From Hydrurus foetidus (taxonomy: Eukaryota): a DNA stretch of 64,000 nucleotides. The number at the start of each line of letters is the position of its first letter. Position 1 is the first letter of the stretch. The notes under the pieces were generated by a model. It did no database searches. It was not told where the DNA came from and saw only the letters and a list, made by a program, of their open reading frames with translations. Below are positions 22,293 to 33,027 of the stretch, one piece after another. The stretch is from contig UYFQ01000032.1 of the NCBI GenBank assembly GCA_900617105.1, forward strand, positions 434,001 to 498,000, read 5' to 3'. Position numbers and translations under genes: made by a program.

Positions 22293-23098
22293 GCCGCATC
22301 CAAGCTACCTTTGCCGCGTTGAAAGCGCAAAACCGCAAAGCCCTGATCCCCTACGTTACCGCAGGCTTCCCCTTTGCCAACATCACGCCGGATCTGATGC
22401 ATGGCATGGTGCTGGGCGGGGCTGACGTGATTGAGCTGGGCATCCCCTTCTCTGACCCTATGGCCGATGGCCCGGTGATTCAAAAAGCCGGTGAACGAGC
22501 CCTGGCCCAAGGCATTGGCCTGACCCAGGTGCTGGAGATGGTGCGCAGCTTTCGCACCAAGAACACCACCACCCCTGTCGTATTGATGGGCTACGCCAAC
22601 CCCGTGGAGCGCTACGACCAAAAGCACGGCGTAGGCCGCTTTGTGACGGACGCCGCCGCCGTGGGTGTAGACGGCGTGCTGGTGGTGGACTACCCACCGG
22701 AAGAATGCGAAGAATTCGCTTCCTCACTCAAAGCCCATGGCATGGACTTGATCTTTTTGCTGGCCCCCACCAGCACCGACGAGCGCATGGGCCAAGTCGC
22801 CGCGCTCGCCACTGGCTATGTGTACTACGTATCGCTCAAAGGCGTGACGGGTGCGGGCAATCTGGACACCGATGCGGTTGAGCGCATGCTGCCCCGCATC
22901 CGCCAGCATGTCAGCATCCCTGTGGGCGTGGGCTTTGGCATCCGCGATGCCGCCACCGCCAAAGCCGTCGGCAAAGTCGCTGATGCGGTGGTGATTGGCA
23001 GCAAAATCATCCAGCTGATCGAAGACCAGCCGCATGAAAAAGTGGTGCCCGTCGCCATCCATTTCCTGCGGGAAATCCGCGCAGCTTTGGACGCATAA
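22289..23098 (+). CDS. trpA: Tryptophan synthase alpha chain
   Basis: [23 protein letters not shown]. Confidence 0.99.
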   Translation: MSRIQATFAALKAQNRKALIPYVTAGFPFANITPDLMHGMVLGGADVIELGIPFSDPMADGPVIQKAGERALAQGIGLTQVLEMVRSFRTKNTTTPVVLMGYANPVERYDQKHGVGRFVTDAAAVGVDGVLVVDYPPEECEEFASSLKAHGMDLIFLLAPTSTDERMGQVAALATGYVYYVSLKGVTGAGNLDTDAVERMLPRIRQHVSIPVGVGFGIRDAATAKAVGKVADAVVIGSKIIQLIEDQPHEKVVPVAIHFLREIRAALDA

Positions 23099-23160
23099 TC
23101 GCGCCCATCCCCCTTACGACCGTTACCGCCTCAATCCCCACGCCCCTTCAGGAGTACCGC

Positions 23161-24033
23161 ATGAGTTGGCTAGAAAAACTGCTTCCCCCCAAAATCCAAC
23201 AAACGGATCCAGCTGACCGGCGCACCATCCCCGAAGGGCTGTGGATCAAGTGCCCCAGTTGCGATACGGTGCTTTACAAAACCGACTTAGAGCACAACCA
23301 AAACGTCTGTCCTAAGTGCAGCCACCACCTGCGCATCAGCGCCCGCGCGCGGCTGAACGCCTTCTTGGACGGTGAAGGCCGCTACGAAATCGGCCAAGAG
23401 GTGGTGCCTGTGGACGCACTCAAGTTCAAAGACAGCCGCAAGTACTCCGAGCGCATCAAAGAAGCGATGGACAACACCGGCGAGACCGATGCCCTGGTCG
23501 TCATCGGTGGCGCAGTCCACAGCATCGGCGTAGTGGCGGCGTGCTTTGAGTTCGATTTCATGGCTGGCAGCATGGGTTCTGTCGTGGGTGAGCGTTTTGT
23601 GCGTGGCGTGGAAACCGCCATCGAGCAAAAAGTACCCTTTATCAGCTTCACGGCCACCGGCGGTGCACGGATGCAAGAGGGCTTGCTCAGCCTGATGCAA
23701 ATGGCCAAAACCAACGCCGCCTTGACCCGTCTGGCCAAAAAAGGCTTGCCTTACATCAGCGTATTGACCGACCCCACCACCGGCGGCGTGAGCGCCAGCT
23801 TTGCCTTCATTGGCGATGTGGTGATCGCCGAACCCAAAGCCCTGATTGGCTTCGCTGGCCCCCGCGTCATCGAATCCACCGTGCGGGTCACACTGCCAGC
23901 AGGCTTTCAGCGCTCCGAGTTTTTGCAGCAAAAAGGCGCTGTCGACATGATCTGCGACCGCCGCGAACTGCGCAAAACGATTGCGGACGTGCTGGCGATG
24001 TTGCAGCGGCAACCGGCGGATGCGGTGGCTTAA
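23161..24033 (+). CDS. accD: Acetyl-CoA carboxylase carboxyltransferase beta subunit
   Basis: CPSC...CPKC zinc finger, [17 protein letters not shown]. Confidence 0.99.
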   Translation: MSWLEKLLPPKIQQTDPADRRTIPEGLWIKCPSCDTVLYKTDLEHNQNVCPKCSHHLRISARARLNAFLDGEGRYEIGQEVVPVDALKFKDSRKYSERIKEAMDNTGETDALVVIGGAVHSIGVVAACFEFDFMAGSMGSVVGERFVRGVETAIEQKVPFISFTATGGARMQEGLLSLMQMAKTNAALTRLAKKGLPYISVLTDPTTGGVSASFAFIGDVVIAEPKALIGFAGPRVIESTVRVTLPAGFQRSEFLQQKGAVDMICDRRELRKTIADVLAMLQRQPADAVA

Positions 24034-24039
24034 TTCTCA

Positions 24040-25311
24040 TTAACTCTCGATGCAGTGGCGCAAACGCACCAGCAACGCCTCTGTCGCCTCCCCTGCATCC
24101 ACGCGCACCACCTCAACTTGAGGCGTTGCGTGCCAAACGGCGAAGCAACGAATGGCCTCGGCTATGGCTTGCACCGCAGCGTCGTCCAGCACCACACCCT
24201 CCTCCACAAACAGGGCCTTCACCTCAAAAACCCCCTTGGTGCGGTGCGCCTTGGCATCAACGCGGCCCACCAGCGCACCCTGGTGCAGCAGGGGCAGCAC
24301 AAAATAGCCGTACCGGCGCTTTTCCTCGGGGGTGTAACACTCCAGACGGTAGTCAAAGCCGAACATCACCGAAGCGCGTTCGCGGTCCCACACCAGGGGG
24401 TCAAAGGGTGAGAGCAACGCGGTGTGGGTGGCGTGCAGCTTGCTCTTTTGCGCTTTGTGCAGCAAATCAGCATTTTGCGGGTGGACATAACCTGGCACTG
24501 TCCAGCCCTCCACCGGCACACGCACCAGCCTACCAGCGGTGACCAGTGCCTCCAAATCAGCGTCTTTTAAACGTGGTTTTTGACGAAAGTAGTCGTGTAC
24601 CCACCGGGCCTGGGTAATGCCCAAAGCGAGGATGGCTTTTTCGACAAAGCGCAGATGGACTTCATCCGCATCAGGCAATGTGGCCCCGACAAGCGCGGGG
24701 CAAACGCGGTGGGCCAAGTCGTACACGCGCTGGAACTTGTCGCGCCGCGTCACCATCAGCTCACCGGTGGCGAACAGGGTTTCTAACCAGCGCTTTTCGT
24801 CCTTCCAATCCCACCAACCGCTGCCCGTCTGGCTATTCGCACCGTCTTTGCGGGCAAAGTCAGCGGATTTGACCGGGCCTGCGGCTTCAATGTGCGCCAG
24901 CAAAGCGTCGATCTGCATGGCGTTTGCCACACGGCTGGCCGCACCCCGCGCCAAACTCCAATGCGTGCGGACTTTGCTGTTGTAACTGCGGTGCAGCAGC
25001 ACGTCATCCGTGGCGGCGAAGCAAGCCTCATGCGCCCAAGTTTCAAACAACGCCCCCTCGGCCAAAGCTGCATCCAGCCATGCCTGCGGGTACGCCCCCA
25101 ACCGCGAGAACAGCACTAAATACGGGCTGCGGGCCACCACGCTGATGGTGTCGATTTGCAGCAACTGCATACGCGCGATGCAACTGCGCAGCGTCTGCGG
25201 TGTGGCGGCACGGCTGGGCGGTGACAGCAGACCCTGAGCGGCGAGTTGCAGGTGACGGGCTTGGGTAGCGCTGAGAGCGGTGGTTGAGGGGGCAGTTTGA
25301 CGGGCTTTCAT
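24040..25311 (-). CDS. ycaQ: YcaQ/AlkZ-family crosslink-repair DNA glycosylase (HTH_42)
   Basis: LQIDTISVVARSPYLVLFSRLG, WAHEA, LLSPFDPLVWDR, YRLECYTP..KR.YGY. Confidence 0.9.
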   Translation of the reverse strand: MKARQTAPSTTALSATQARHLQLAAQGLLSPPSRAATPQTLRSCIARMQLLQIDTISVVARSPYLVLFSRLGAYPQAWLDAALAEGALFETWAHEACFAATDDVLLHRSYNSKVRTHWSLARGAASRVANAMQIDALLAHIEAAGPVKSADFARKDGANSQTGSGWWDWKDEKRWLETLFATGELMVTRRDKFQRVYDLAHRVCPALVGATLPDADEVHLRFVEKAILALGITQARWVHDYFRQKPRLKDADLEALVTAGRLVRVPVEGWTVPGYVHPQNADLLHKAQKSKLHATHTALLSPFDPLVWDRERASVMFGFDYRLECYTPEEKRRYGYFVLPLLHQGALVGRVDAKAHRTKGVFEVKALFVEEGVVLDDAAVQAIAEAIRCFAVWHATPQVEVVRVDAGEATEALLVRLRHCIES

Positions 25312-25475
25312 GCGCAGAATAATAGGGGGTACGTCGATGCAGTGCGGTGTCTCTCGTGCAAATTCCGAACTCACCGAAATCGCCTTTGCGCAGGTCAATG
25401 TCATCTTGAGCCACCGTTGTAGCGTTTAGACGTAGCGACGATCCGCATCGCTGTGATGATTTACACCCCAATCCT

Positions 25476-25940
25476 ATGAAAACCACACTGTTAAGTCTTT
25501 TCGTCCTCGTCATAACTACCGCCACAGCGCAAGCTGCACCGAGCGATTTGAAAGCCTTTCCAAAAGCTAAAGCAGGCGAAGTGCGCTATGTGATTGATCT
25601 CCCTGCACAAGCCGACGAGGCCACCTACAACGTCGAACTGATACCCGGCAAACTGGCGAAAATAGACTGCAACCACCACGCTCTGGGTGCGCAGCTAGAG
25701 GCGGTTAATCTGGAGGGTTGGGGCTACACCTACTACCGATTGAATACCCATTTCGAAGGTGCTTCTACATTGATGGGCTGCCTGGACAACAAAACGCACG
25801 AGGCCATGGTGCAAGGGCGGGGGATGCAGATTGGCTATAACAGCCGCTTGCCCGTTGTCGTGTACGCACCCAAAGGCTACGTGATCCAGTACCGCCTGTG
25901 GACGACTCCGCCTCAAATGCAAGCAGCCAAACCAGGCTGA
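25476..25940 (+). CDS. eco: Ecotin serine-protease inhibitor
   Basis: Signal peptide; DCNHH, LEGWGYTYY, STLMGC, YNSRLPVVVY. Confidence 0.93.
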   Translation: MKTTLLSLFVLVITTATAQAAPSDLKAFPKAKAGEVRYVIDLPAQADEATYNVELIPGKLAKIDCNHHALGAQLEAVNLEGWGYTYYRLNTHFEGASTLMGCLDNKTHEAMVQGRGMQIGYNSRLPVVVYAPKGYVIQYRLWTTPPQMQAAKPG

Positions 25941-26215
25941 AGCCACGCGAACAGCAGGCACCTGCTGTGTTTTCACCACAGCACAAGACCACAAAGCAAA
26001 AAATGCTTGAGCGCCCCGTCCCCTGCTGCTAAATTCGCACCCTCGCTCATCAACCTGCCTTGCAACGAATAACCTTGCAGGGCTCAACCTCTTTGATCGG
26101 CACACCCCCATGTCCTCTATGTCCACCCCTTAAAACTGCACCGCTGCCGCCCCGGCTGGATGTGTGCAACACCATTCAGCCAGTACGCAGGCGGCTTGTC
26201 GCGCAGACACAGCCC

Positions 26216-26251
26216 AAAGCCCTGGCCACATTGCCGGGGCTTTTTGCTTTT
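26216..26251 (+). terminator. Leader terminator (attenuator-like) immediately upstream of an RBS
   Basis: AAAGCCCTGGC-cacatt-GCCGGGGCTTT stem followed by TTGCTTTT, then GGAG and ATG 26265. Confidence 0.75.
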
Positions 26252-26264
26252 GGAGTGCGCACAC

Positions 26265-26516
26265 ATGAGTGCCAAGATTTTTTCGCGTGATTACGCCCAA
26301 GGTAAGGTCAAAAAGCTGCAACGCATGAAGCAGCCCCTGGCCTTGAAGTTGACCTTACAACTTGACCCCCCTCGCAACCCCGTGGTCTACGCCATGGCGC
26401 ACCGTGCTGCGTCAGCGGGTGCTGGCCGCCATATCCGCTCGCAAGGCGCGACGCGGCGGGCTGAGGCGGTGGCTTTGAAAAAGATGGTGCGGCAACGTGA
26501 CGATGGAGGCATCTGA
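26265..26516 (+). CDS. Small basic hypothetical protein (PRNP...GAGRH motif)
   Basis: RBS GGAG upstream; 83 aa, Arg/Lys-rich: PRNPVVYAMAHRAASAGAGRHIRSQGATRR. Confidence 0.65.
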   Translation: MSAKIFSRDYAQGKVKKLQRMKQPLALKLTLQLDPPRNPVVYAMAHRAASAGAGRHIRSQGATRRAEAVALKKMVRQRDDGGI

Positions 26517-26548
26517 ACGGTGCCTGAACTGCCCAAACAGACAGTTCG

Positions 26549-26887
26549 GTGGATAAGCGCCTGCGCCGCCCACTCGCCCCCGAGCTTGCCCGTGCGCAGT
26601 GGGAGGCGTTTTACCAAGCCGTGCAGGCAGGCCAACTCACCATAGGCGAGGCCGTCGCCGCCATGCGCAAAATCAGCCGACTGACGCAAGAAGAATTTGC
26701 CCAACATCGCGGCATCAGCGTACAAGCACTGCGGCAAATTGAACAAGGCACAGGGAACCCTACGGTAGAGACGCTGAACAAGGTGGCCGCTATTTTTGGA
26801 TTGCGAGTGGGGTTTGTGGCGGTGCCAGCAAGCGATGTGCCTCAGCCACACAAAGCTACACGTAACCACGTGCAGCACGTAAAATAA
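26549..26887 (+). CDS. XRE/HipB-like HTH protein
   Basis: MRKISRLTQEEFA...ISVQALRQIEQGTGNPTVETLNKVAAIFG. Confidence 0.85.
   Translation: MDKRLRRPLAPELARAQWEAFYQAVQAGQLTIGEAVAAMRKISRLTQEEFAQHRGISVQALRQIEQGTGNPTVETLNKVAAIFGLRVGFVAVPASDVPQPHKATRNHVQHVK
26856..26875. promoter_or_regulatory. Probable vapBC operator
   Basis: CTACACGT-aacc-ACGTGCAG inverted repeat (one mismatch) about 30 bp before the antitoxin ATG. Confidence 0.5.
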
Positions 26888-26906
26888 TCCTACACAGGAG
26901 CCCCCC

Positions 26907-27221
26907 ATGACCAACCTTACCCTCGCTTTGGACGATGCGGTCGTCCGCCAAGCCCGCGTACGCGCCATCACCGAAGGCACCTCGCTGAGTGCCAAGATGC
27001 GGGAGTTTTTGCAGTCTTACGGCAGTGGCACAGATGACAGTCTGCAAAAGAGCCGTGCCGAGGCCAGTGCGCGGCTGATGGCCACCATTGACATGGCGGC
27101 GCTGCAAACGCAGCCTGAGCTAACTGACGGTACGCTCTGCGCCAACACGTCAAACCGACGCACCTTGCGGGAAGCGCTTTATGCCGATGACTTTCGTGCC
27201 CAGGATCGCAGTGCGGCTTAA
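26907..27221 (+). CDS. Ribbon-helix-helix antitoxin (VapB-like)
   Basis: MTNLTLALDDAVVRQARVRAITEGTSLSAKMREFL RHH; precedes a PIN-domain gene. Confidence 0.85.
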   Translation: MTNLTLALDDAVVRQARVRAITEGTSLSAKMREFLQSYGSGTDDSLQKSRAEASARLMATIDMAALQTQPELTDGTLCANTSNRRTLREALYADDFRAQDRSAA

Positions 27222-27257
27222 GTTCCTCCTTCTAAGTCCATCCTCTGAGTTCATCGC

Positions 27258-27665
27258 ATGACTGTCTTTTTTGACACCAACGTGCTGGTTTATTGCACAG
27301 ACACCACGGCGCCAGACAAGCAAGCTCGCGCCAAACGCTTGGTGGCGCTGCATGGCACGGCGGGGGATGCGGTAATCTCCACGCAGGTGCTGATTGAGCT
27401 GTTCAATGTGCTGACGCGCAAGCAAAAAATGCCCGCCATCACAGCGCAAGCACTGATCCAAGCCTACGCCTTGTGGACGGTGATGGACAGCGATGTGGCC
27501 TTGGTCACAACGGCCATCAGCACCACCATCAGCCAGAAGCTGTCGATTTGGGATGCGATGGTCATCGCTGCGGCGCAGCGTGCCCAAGCCGATACGCTGT
27601 ACACCGAAGATTTAACGCACGGCCAGCGCTTCGGCAAGCTCACCGTCGAAAACCCTTTTTTCTGA
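27258..27665 (+). CDS. PIN-domain toxin (VapC-like)
   Basis: FFDTNVLVY, STQVLIE, SIWDAMV, LYTED, ENPF. Confidence 0.92.
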   Translation: MTVFFDTNVLVYCTDTTAPDKQARAKRLVALHGTAGDAVISTQVLIELFNVLTRKQKMPAITAQALIQAYALWTVMDSDVALVTTAISTTISQKLSIWDAMVIAAAQRAQADTLYTEDLTHGQRFGKLTVENPFF

Positions 27666-27698
27666 TCTTTTGATTTTTGACTTTTTGATCTTTTTGCT

Positions 27699-28759
27699 AT
27701 GTCCACTGTCTTCAATTTCACCTTCGTCCCCTGGTTCCGCTCGGTGGCGCCCTACATCCACATGCACCGGGGCAAAACCTTTGTCGTCGGCATTGCGGGT
27801 GAGGCCATCGCTGCGGGCAAGTTGCAACACCTCGCACAAGACTTGGCGCTGATCCAGAGCATGGGCGTGAAGATCGTGCTGGTGCATGGTTTCAGGCCCC
27901 AGGTCAACGAGCAGCTCAAAGCCAAAGGCCATGCGGCCAAGTATTCGCATGGGATGCGCATCACCGACGAGGTGGCACTGGACTGCGCCCAAGAAGCCGC
28001 CGGGCAATTGCGCTATGAGATCGAAGCGGCGTTCAGCCAAGGGCTGCCCAACACGCCGATGGCAGGCTCTACGGTGCGGGTGATTTCGGGTAACTTCATC
28101 ACGGCGCGGCCCGTGGGCATTGTGGATGGCGTGGACTTTCAGCATTCAGGGCTGGTGCGCAAAGTGGACGCCGCTGGCATCTTGCGCACGCTGGACTTTG
28201 GCGCGATGGTGTTGCTGTCACCGTTTGGTTTTTCGCCGACCGGCGAAGCCTTCAACCTGACGATGGAAGAGGTGGCCACCAGCGTCGCCATTGCCTTGCA
28301 GGCTGACAAGCTGGTCTTCTTGACGGAAATTCCCGGCATCCGCATCGACCCGCTGCAGCCCGAGAGCGAAGACAACCCCATCGACACCGAGTTGCCGCTG
28401 GCCGCTGCCGAAAAGCTGCTGGCTGCCCTGCCCGCTGCGCAGACACCTACCGACACTGCCTTCTACCTGCAACACTGCGTGAAAGCCTGCAAAGCGGGCG
28501 TAGAGCGCAGCCACATCCTGCCGTTCGCGCTGGACGGCTCGGTGCTGCTTGAGATTTACGTCCACGACGGCGTGGGCACGATGGTGATTGACGAAAAGCT
28601 CGAATCCCTGCGCGAAGCCACCAACGACGACGTGGGCGGCATCTTGCAGCTGATTGAGCCGTTTGAGAACGACGGCACCCTGGTCAAACGCAGCCGCACC
28701 GAGATCGAGCGCGATGCCGACCACTACAGCATCATCGAGCACGACGGCGTGATCTTCGC

Positions 28760-28791
<32 letters not shown>

Positions 28792-29048
28792 AAACCGCCG
28801 AGATGGCAGCGCTCACCGTATCGCCGCAAAGCCAAGGCCAGGGCGACGGCGAACGCATCTTGAAGCGCGTGGAGCAACGCGCCAAAAGCGCCGGGCTGGA
28901 CAGCATCTTTGTGCTCACCACCCGCACCATGCACTGGTTTTTAAAACGCGGTTTTGTGCAAGTTGACCCCGATTGGCTGCCCGAAGCGCGCAAACGCAAG
29001 TACAACTGGAACCGCAAGAGCCAAGTGCTGGTAAAACGGTTGGCCTGA
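27699..29048 (+). CDS. argA: Amino-acid N-acetyltransferase
   Basis: WFRSVAPYI, kinase-like N-domain plus GNAT C-domain (LTTRTMHWF). Confidence 0.97.
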
Positions 29049-29100
29049 ACAACGCCACAACCCAACGCACGCCCTAGCGCATCATCCAACGCATCACCTC

Positions 29101-30249
29101 ATGGCCACCCGAAGATCCAAACACCCCTTGCTCGACCACGAACACATTGCCCTGGTGCTACAAGGCGGCGGCGCCCTCGGGGCTTACCAAGCCGGTGTGT
29201 ATGAAGAGTTGGCAAAAATCCCCAGCGAGCCGCATTGGGTGGCCGGTGTGTCCATCGGAGCCATCAACGCCGCCTTGATCGCGGGCAACCCTCCCCTCAA
29301 GCGCGTGGCGCGGCTGCGCGAATTTTGGAGTTTGGTCAGCTCACGCACCAGCGGCCTCACGCCCCTGTTTGACCAGCAGCGTGCGGCGTTCCACCAGTTT
29401 GGCGCGGCGATGGCAGCGGTCAGTGGCGTTGAGGGTTTCTACACCCCACGCATGCCACCACCGATGCTACAGCCCGTTGGCACCGATGCGGCGATCAGCT
29501 ATTACGACACCAGCCCGCTGCGTGCCACGCTGGAGCGTCTGGTCGATTTCGACCTCATCAACCAGCAAAAAATTCGCCTCTCGGTGGGTGCGGTGAACGT
29601 GCGTACCGGCAACTCGGTGTACTTTGACAACACCATGCAAAAGATCGGCCCCGAGCACATCATGGCCAGCGGTGCCTTGCCCCCCGCCTTTGCGCCGGTG
29701 ATGGTGGAAGGCGAGCCTTATTGGGATGGCGGCATCGTCTCCAACACCCCGTTGCAGTACGTGCTGGACATGCGCGGCCCCGCCAAAATGATGGTGGCCC
29801 AAGTTGACCTGTTCAGCGCCCGAGGCAACTTGCCGCGCAACATGGGCGACGTGACTTCCCGGCAAAAAGACATCATGTTTTCCAGTCGCACCCGCTTTAA
29901 CACCGACAAAGCCGCCCAATTGCAGCGCACCAAACAAGCCCTGAGCAACCTGATCGCCAAACTGCCCCCTGCCCTGCGCCACGACCCTGACGTGAAACGC
30001 CTGGAAGCCGCACACCGCACCGCCCACGTCGATATCGTCCACCTGATCTACCGCCAAAGTGCTTTCGAGCAAGAGTCCAAAGACTACGATTTCTCGCGCT
30101 CAACGATGCTGGAGCACTGGGCAGCAGGCAAACGCGACATGCAAAACACCGTGGCGCACCCGGATTGGCTGACCCAATCGGGCACAGAACAGGGTGTCAC
30201 GGTGTATGACTTGTCGCGGGAAGCGCGTACTGAGCAAAAACAGGCTTGA
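29101..30249 (+). CDS. Patatin-like phospholipase with C-terminal extension
   Basis: GGGALG, GVSIG, DGG motifs. Confidence 0.92.
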   Translation: MATRRSKHPLLDHEHIALVLQGGGALGAYQAGVYEELAKIPSEPHWVAGVSIGAINAALIAGNPPLKRVARLREFWSLVSSRTSGLTPLFDQQRAAFHQFGAAMAAVSGVEGFYTPRMPPPMLQPVGTDAAISYYDTSPLRATLERLVDFDLINQQKIRLSVGAVNVRTGNSVYFDNTMQKIGPEHIMASGALPPAFAPVMVEGEPYWDGGIVSNTPLQYVLDMRGPAKMMVAQVDLFSARGNLPRNMGDVTSRQKDIMFSSRTRFNTDKAAQLQRTKQALSNLIAKLPPALRHDPDVKRLEAAHRTAHVDIVHLIYRQSAFEQESKDYDFSRSTMLEHWAAGKRDMQNTVAHPDWLTQSGTEQGVTVYDLSREARTEQKQA

Positions 30250-30374
30250 GCGCTGATTGAATAAGCTTGGGCAGCTATTGAATTTGATAAGCATCAGGCC
30301 CAAGTTCTTGTATTGACACCCCACCTCGCGTGACACCTCTCTCAACATCCCTCCAACCAACATCCCAACATCTC

Positions 30375-30956
30375 ATGGCCATCAATCTGACCAAAGGCAG
30401 CAGCTTCAACCTCACCAAAGCCGAACCTACGCTCACGCAGGTGCGTGTCGGTTTGGGCTGGGAAGTGCCCACCACCCAACCGCCGCTGGATTTGGACGTG
30501 TCGGCCTTTGTGTGCCGACTCAACGCCAACAACGAGCCCAAGCTGCTCAGCGAAAAGCATTTCGTCTTCTACAACAACACCGCTACGCCCAACGGCGCGG
30601 TGAAGCATTCGGGCGACAACCGTACCGGCTTGGGCGAGGGGGATGATGAATCGCTGATCCTCAATCTGCCGCTGATGGAAGCCACGGTGCAAGAGATTTC
30701 GTTTGTCGTCACCCTCCACGAAGCGGACGTGCGTCGCCAGCATTTCGGGATGCTCAAAGACGCTTACGTGCGCGTCTACAACGAAGCCACCGGCAAGGTG
30801 CTGTGCGAGTACGACCTGGACGAAGTGTTCAGCAAAGAAACCTCGGTACAAATGGGTTCCGTGGTGCGCAATGCCGCTGGCGAATGGGAGTTCCGCGCTG
30901 TGGGTGCGGGCTATGTTCTGGGCTTGGGGGATTTCATCAACGGTTACATGGGCTGA
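30375..30956 (+). CDS. terD: TerD-family protein
   Basis: MAINLTKG, VGLGW, DLDVSAF, FVFYNN, HSGDNRTGLGEGDDE, WEFRAVG. Confidence 0.92.
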   Translation: MAINLTKGSSFNLTKAEPTLTQVRVGLGWEVPTTQPPLDLDVSAFVCRLNANNEPKLLSEKHFVFYNNTATPNGAVKHSGDNRTGLGEGDDESLILNLPLMEATVQEISFVVTLHEADVRRQHFGMLKDAYVRVYNEATGKVLCEYDLDEVFSKETSVQMGSVVRNAAGEWEFRAVGAGYVLGLGDFINGYMG

Positions 30957-31018
30957 GCGCCACACGCCCTTTAGCTTTACCCTTACCGTTGGTTTTGCCG
31001 TCACCGCTGCTGCACCCC

Positions 31019-31768
31019 GTGTCTCAACCGCTTTTTACGCCTCGCGTTTTGGCGCAGTTGCCCGCCCCGTTTACAGACCAGTTGCGCGGCCAGCCGGATG
31101 CCCCCTCGGATGAGGCCACCCAGCGGGCGGTGTACCGGCTGTGGCAATACCTTCAAACGGCGGACGACACGGCCATCGTGCGGTTTGGCGAAGCCACTGC
31201 ACAAGCGGTGGATGCCCTCATCGCCGAGGCCACCCAGGTGATGGCTGCCCCTAAACTGGGCGAAGTGAACGGCACTTTGGCGCAGTTGATGGCCTTGCTG
31301 GAAGCACATTCTCCGGATGCGCCTCAAACATCCACAAAAACGCCAACCAAGAACACCGCCCAAAAACTCTGGGCACTGTTCAGCGAAAAACCCCAGGCAG
31401 CCCCCGAGAGCTTCGCCCGCCTCAACCAGCGCATAGACACCCAGCTGGCCCGCCTCTCGCAGCTCGAAGCCACCGTGCTGCACAGCACCCAGCAATTGCA
31501 CGGTGTGGCGCAGCGCCGCGATGCACACACCGCAGAATTGACCCACCACACCCTGGCCTGCGCTGTCGCTATCGGGCTGGCACACCCCAAGGCGGCACGG
31601 TTGGAGCGGCGCTTGCAGGTGCTGCGCACGCTGGCCATGTCCGCCACCTTGGCACGCCAGCAACTGGTGTTGGCCGAGGCGCAGCTGCTGAGCCTCACTG
31701 AGCGCACCCAAACGCTGCGCTACGCCACCCTGCCGCTGTGGCGACAGCAATTTATGAACACCCTCTGA
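31019..31768 (+). CDS. Divergent TelA/KlaA-like helical protein
   Basis: Helical/coiled-coil; parallels the next gene (IVRFGE..AQ, LERRLQVL, LRYATLPLWRQQF). Start uncertain; GTG 31019 chosen. Confidence 0.6.
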   Translation: MSQPLFTPRVLAQLPAPFTDQLRGQPDAPSDEATQRAVYRLWQYLQTADDTAIVRFGEATAQAVDALIAEATQVMAAPKLGEVNGTLAQLMALLEAHSPDAPQTSTKTPTKNTAQKLWALFSEKPQAAPESFARLNQRIDTQLARLSQLEATVLHSTQQLHGVAQRRDAHTAELTHHTLACAVAIGLAHPKAARLERRLQVLRTLAMSATLARQQLVLAEAQLLSLTERTQTLRYATLPLWRQQFMNTL

Positions 31769-31800
31769 GCGTCACACCTCACCCTCTTGAAAGCCACGCC

Positions 31801-32994
31801 ATGAGCACCTCGTTCAAACCCGTCTCCGCACTCAGCCTGGGCAACCCGTTGGCAAACACGGTGATGCCTGTCGCGCTGACCCCCAACACAACCCTGGTTG
31901 AAGCCAGCGCGAGCACGGGCACGGACATGCTCACCACCCTGCTGCAAACCCACCATGTGCCGCTCCACTTGGCCAGCGCCGCGCAAGCCTTGGCTGACCG
32001 CATCGACACCCGCCAGGCTATGGCGATCAGCGAACTGGGGCAGCACAACGCGCAGCAGGCCACCGCCTATGCCGACCGCATCCTCGCTGACGTGAAAAAC
32101 CACGATTTGGGCGCGATGGGCAGCAAGCTGGGCGAGATTGTGGTGGTTGCCAAAAGCCTGAATTTGGGCGCTTTGTCAGGTGAACGCAGCCGCATTCCGC
32201 TGGTTGGGCGCTGGGTGGACAAGCTCAAAGTGGGCAAAGAGCAGCTGCTGGCGCAGTTTCAGTCCACCGACAAACAAATCAGCCGTTTGACGGACGAGAT
32301 TGCGCAGTCACAAACCAAGCTGCACCAGCGCGTGCAAGACTTGGAACAAGCCTTTACCGCCACCCAAACCGAGTTTGAAAACCTGGGCTTGGCGGTGGTG
32401 GCAGGCAAGCTCAAGCTGCAAGCCATTGCCGAAGAAGCTGCTCAGCAACAGACCGCCTACACCCGCGATGGCACAGCCCCCAGCCCTCAGCAAGCGCAGG
32501 CCAGCGCTGACCTGCGCAGCTTTGCCCAGCGGCTGGACAAGCGCGTCGGTGATCTGCAAGCCCTGCGCATGAGCGCCCTGCAAACCCTGCCCATGATCCG
32601 CATGATCCAGGGCAACAACCAAACGCTGATTGAGAAGTTTCAAAACATCAAAGAGCTGACCCTGCCCGCGTGGCGGAGGCAGTTCATGCTGGCGTTGTCG
32701 CTCAAAGAGCAAAGCGATGCTGTCGCCATGACGCAGGCCATTGACGACGCCACCAACCAATTCTTGCGCAGCAACGCTGAGCTGTTGCAGCACAACAGCG
32801 TAGCCACCGCCCGTGCCAACGAACGCGCCGTGATCGACATCAGCACCTTAGAGCAAGTACAGCGCACGTTGATCGAAACCGTAGAGCAGGTGCTGACGGT
32901 ACAGCGCGAAGGCGCACAGCAGCGCCACAGCGCAGAGCAAAGCCTGGGCCAATTGCAAAACCAACTTCACGCCTTGCTCAGCAAAGCCAACTGA
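31801..32994 (+). CDS. Toxic anion resistance protein (TelA/KlaA family)
   Basis: LDKRVGDL..LR...LQTLPMIRMIQGNN..LIEK...LTLPAWRRQ...ATNQFLRSNAELL...IDISTL. Confidence 0.9.
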   Translation: MSTSFKPVSALSLGNPLANTVMPVALTPNTTLVEASASTGTDMLTTLLQTHHVPLHLASAAQALADRIDTRQAMAISELGQHNAQQATAYADRILADVKNHDLGAMGSKLGEIVVVAKSLNLGALSGERSRIPLVGRWVDKLKVGKEQLLAQFQSTDKQISRLTDEIAQSQTKLHQRVQDLEQAFTATQTEFENLGLAVVAGKLKLQAIAEEAAQQQTAYTRDGTAPSPQQAQASADLRSFAQRLDKRVGDLQALRMSALQTLPMIRMIQGNNQTLIEKFQNIKELTLPAWRRQFMLALSLKEQSDAVAMTQAIDDATNQFLRSNAELLQHNSVATARANERAVIDISTLEQVQRTLIETVEQVLTVQREGAQQRHSAEQSLGQLQNQLHALLSKAN

Positions 32995-33027
32995 CCTCAC
33001 ATCACGCCCACCTCCTAAAGCACACCC

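Noticed and set aside
27666..27697. TTTTGA-like short repeats before argA
   Set aside because: Very short T-rich stretch; cannot be distinguished from a simple low-complexity spacer.
29101..30249. Patatin as a CBASS/defence effector linked to the Ter cluster
   Set aside because: No cyclase nearby; it has host-like codon usage and follows argA, so it looks like the common housekeeping patatin.
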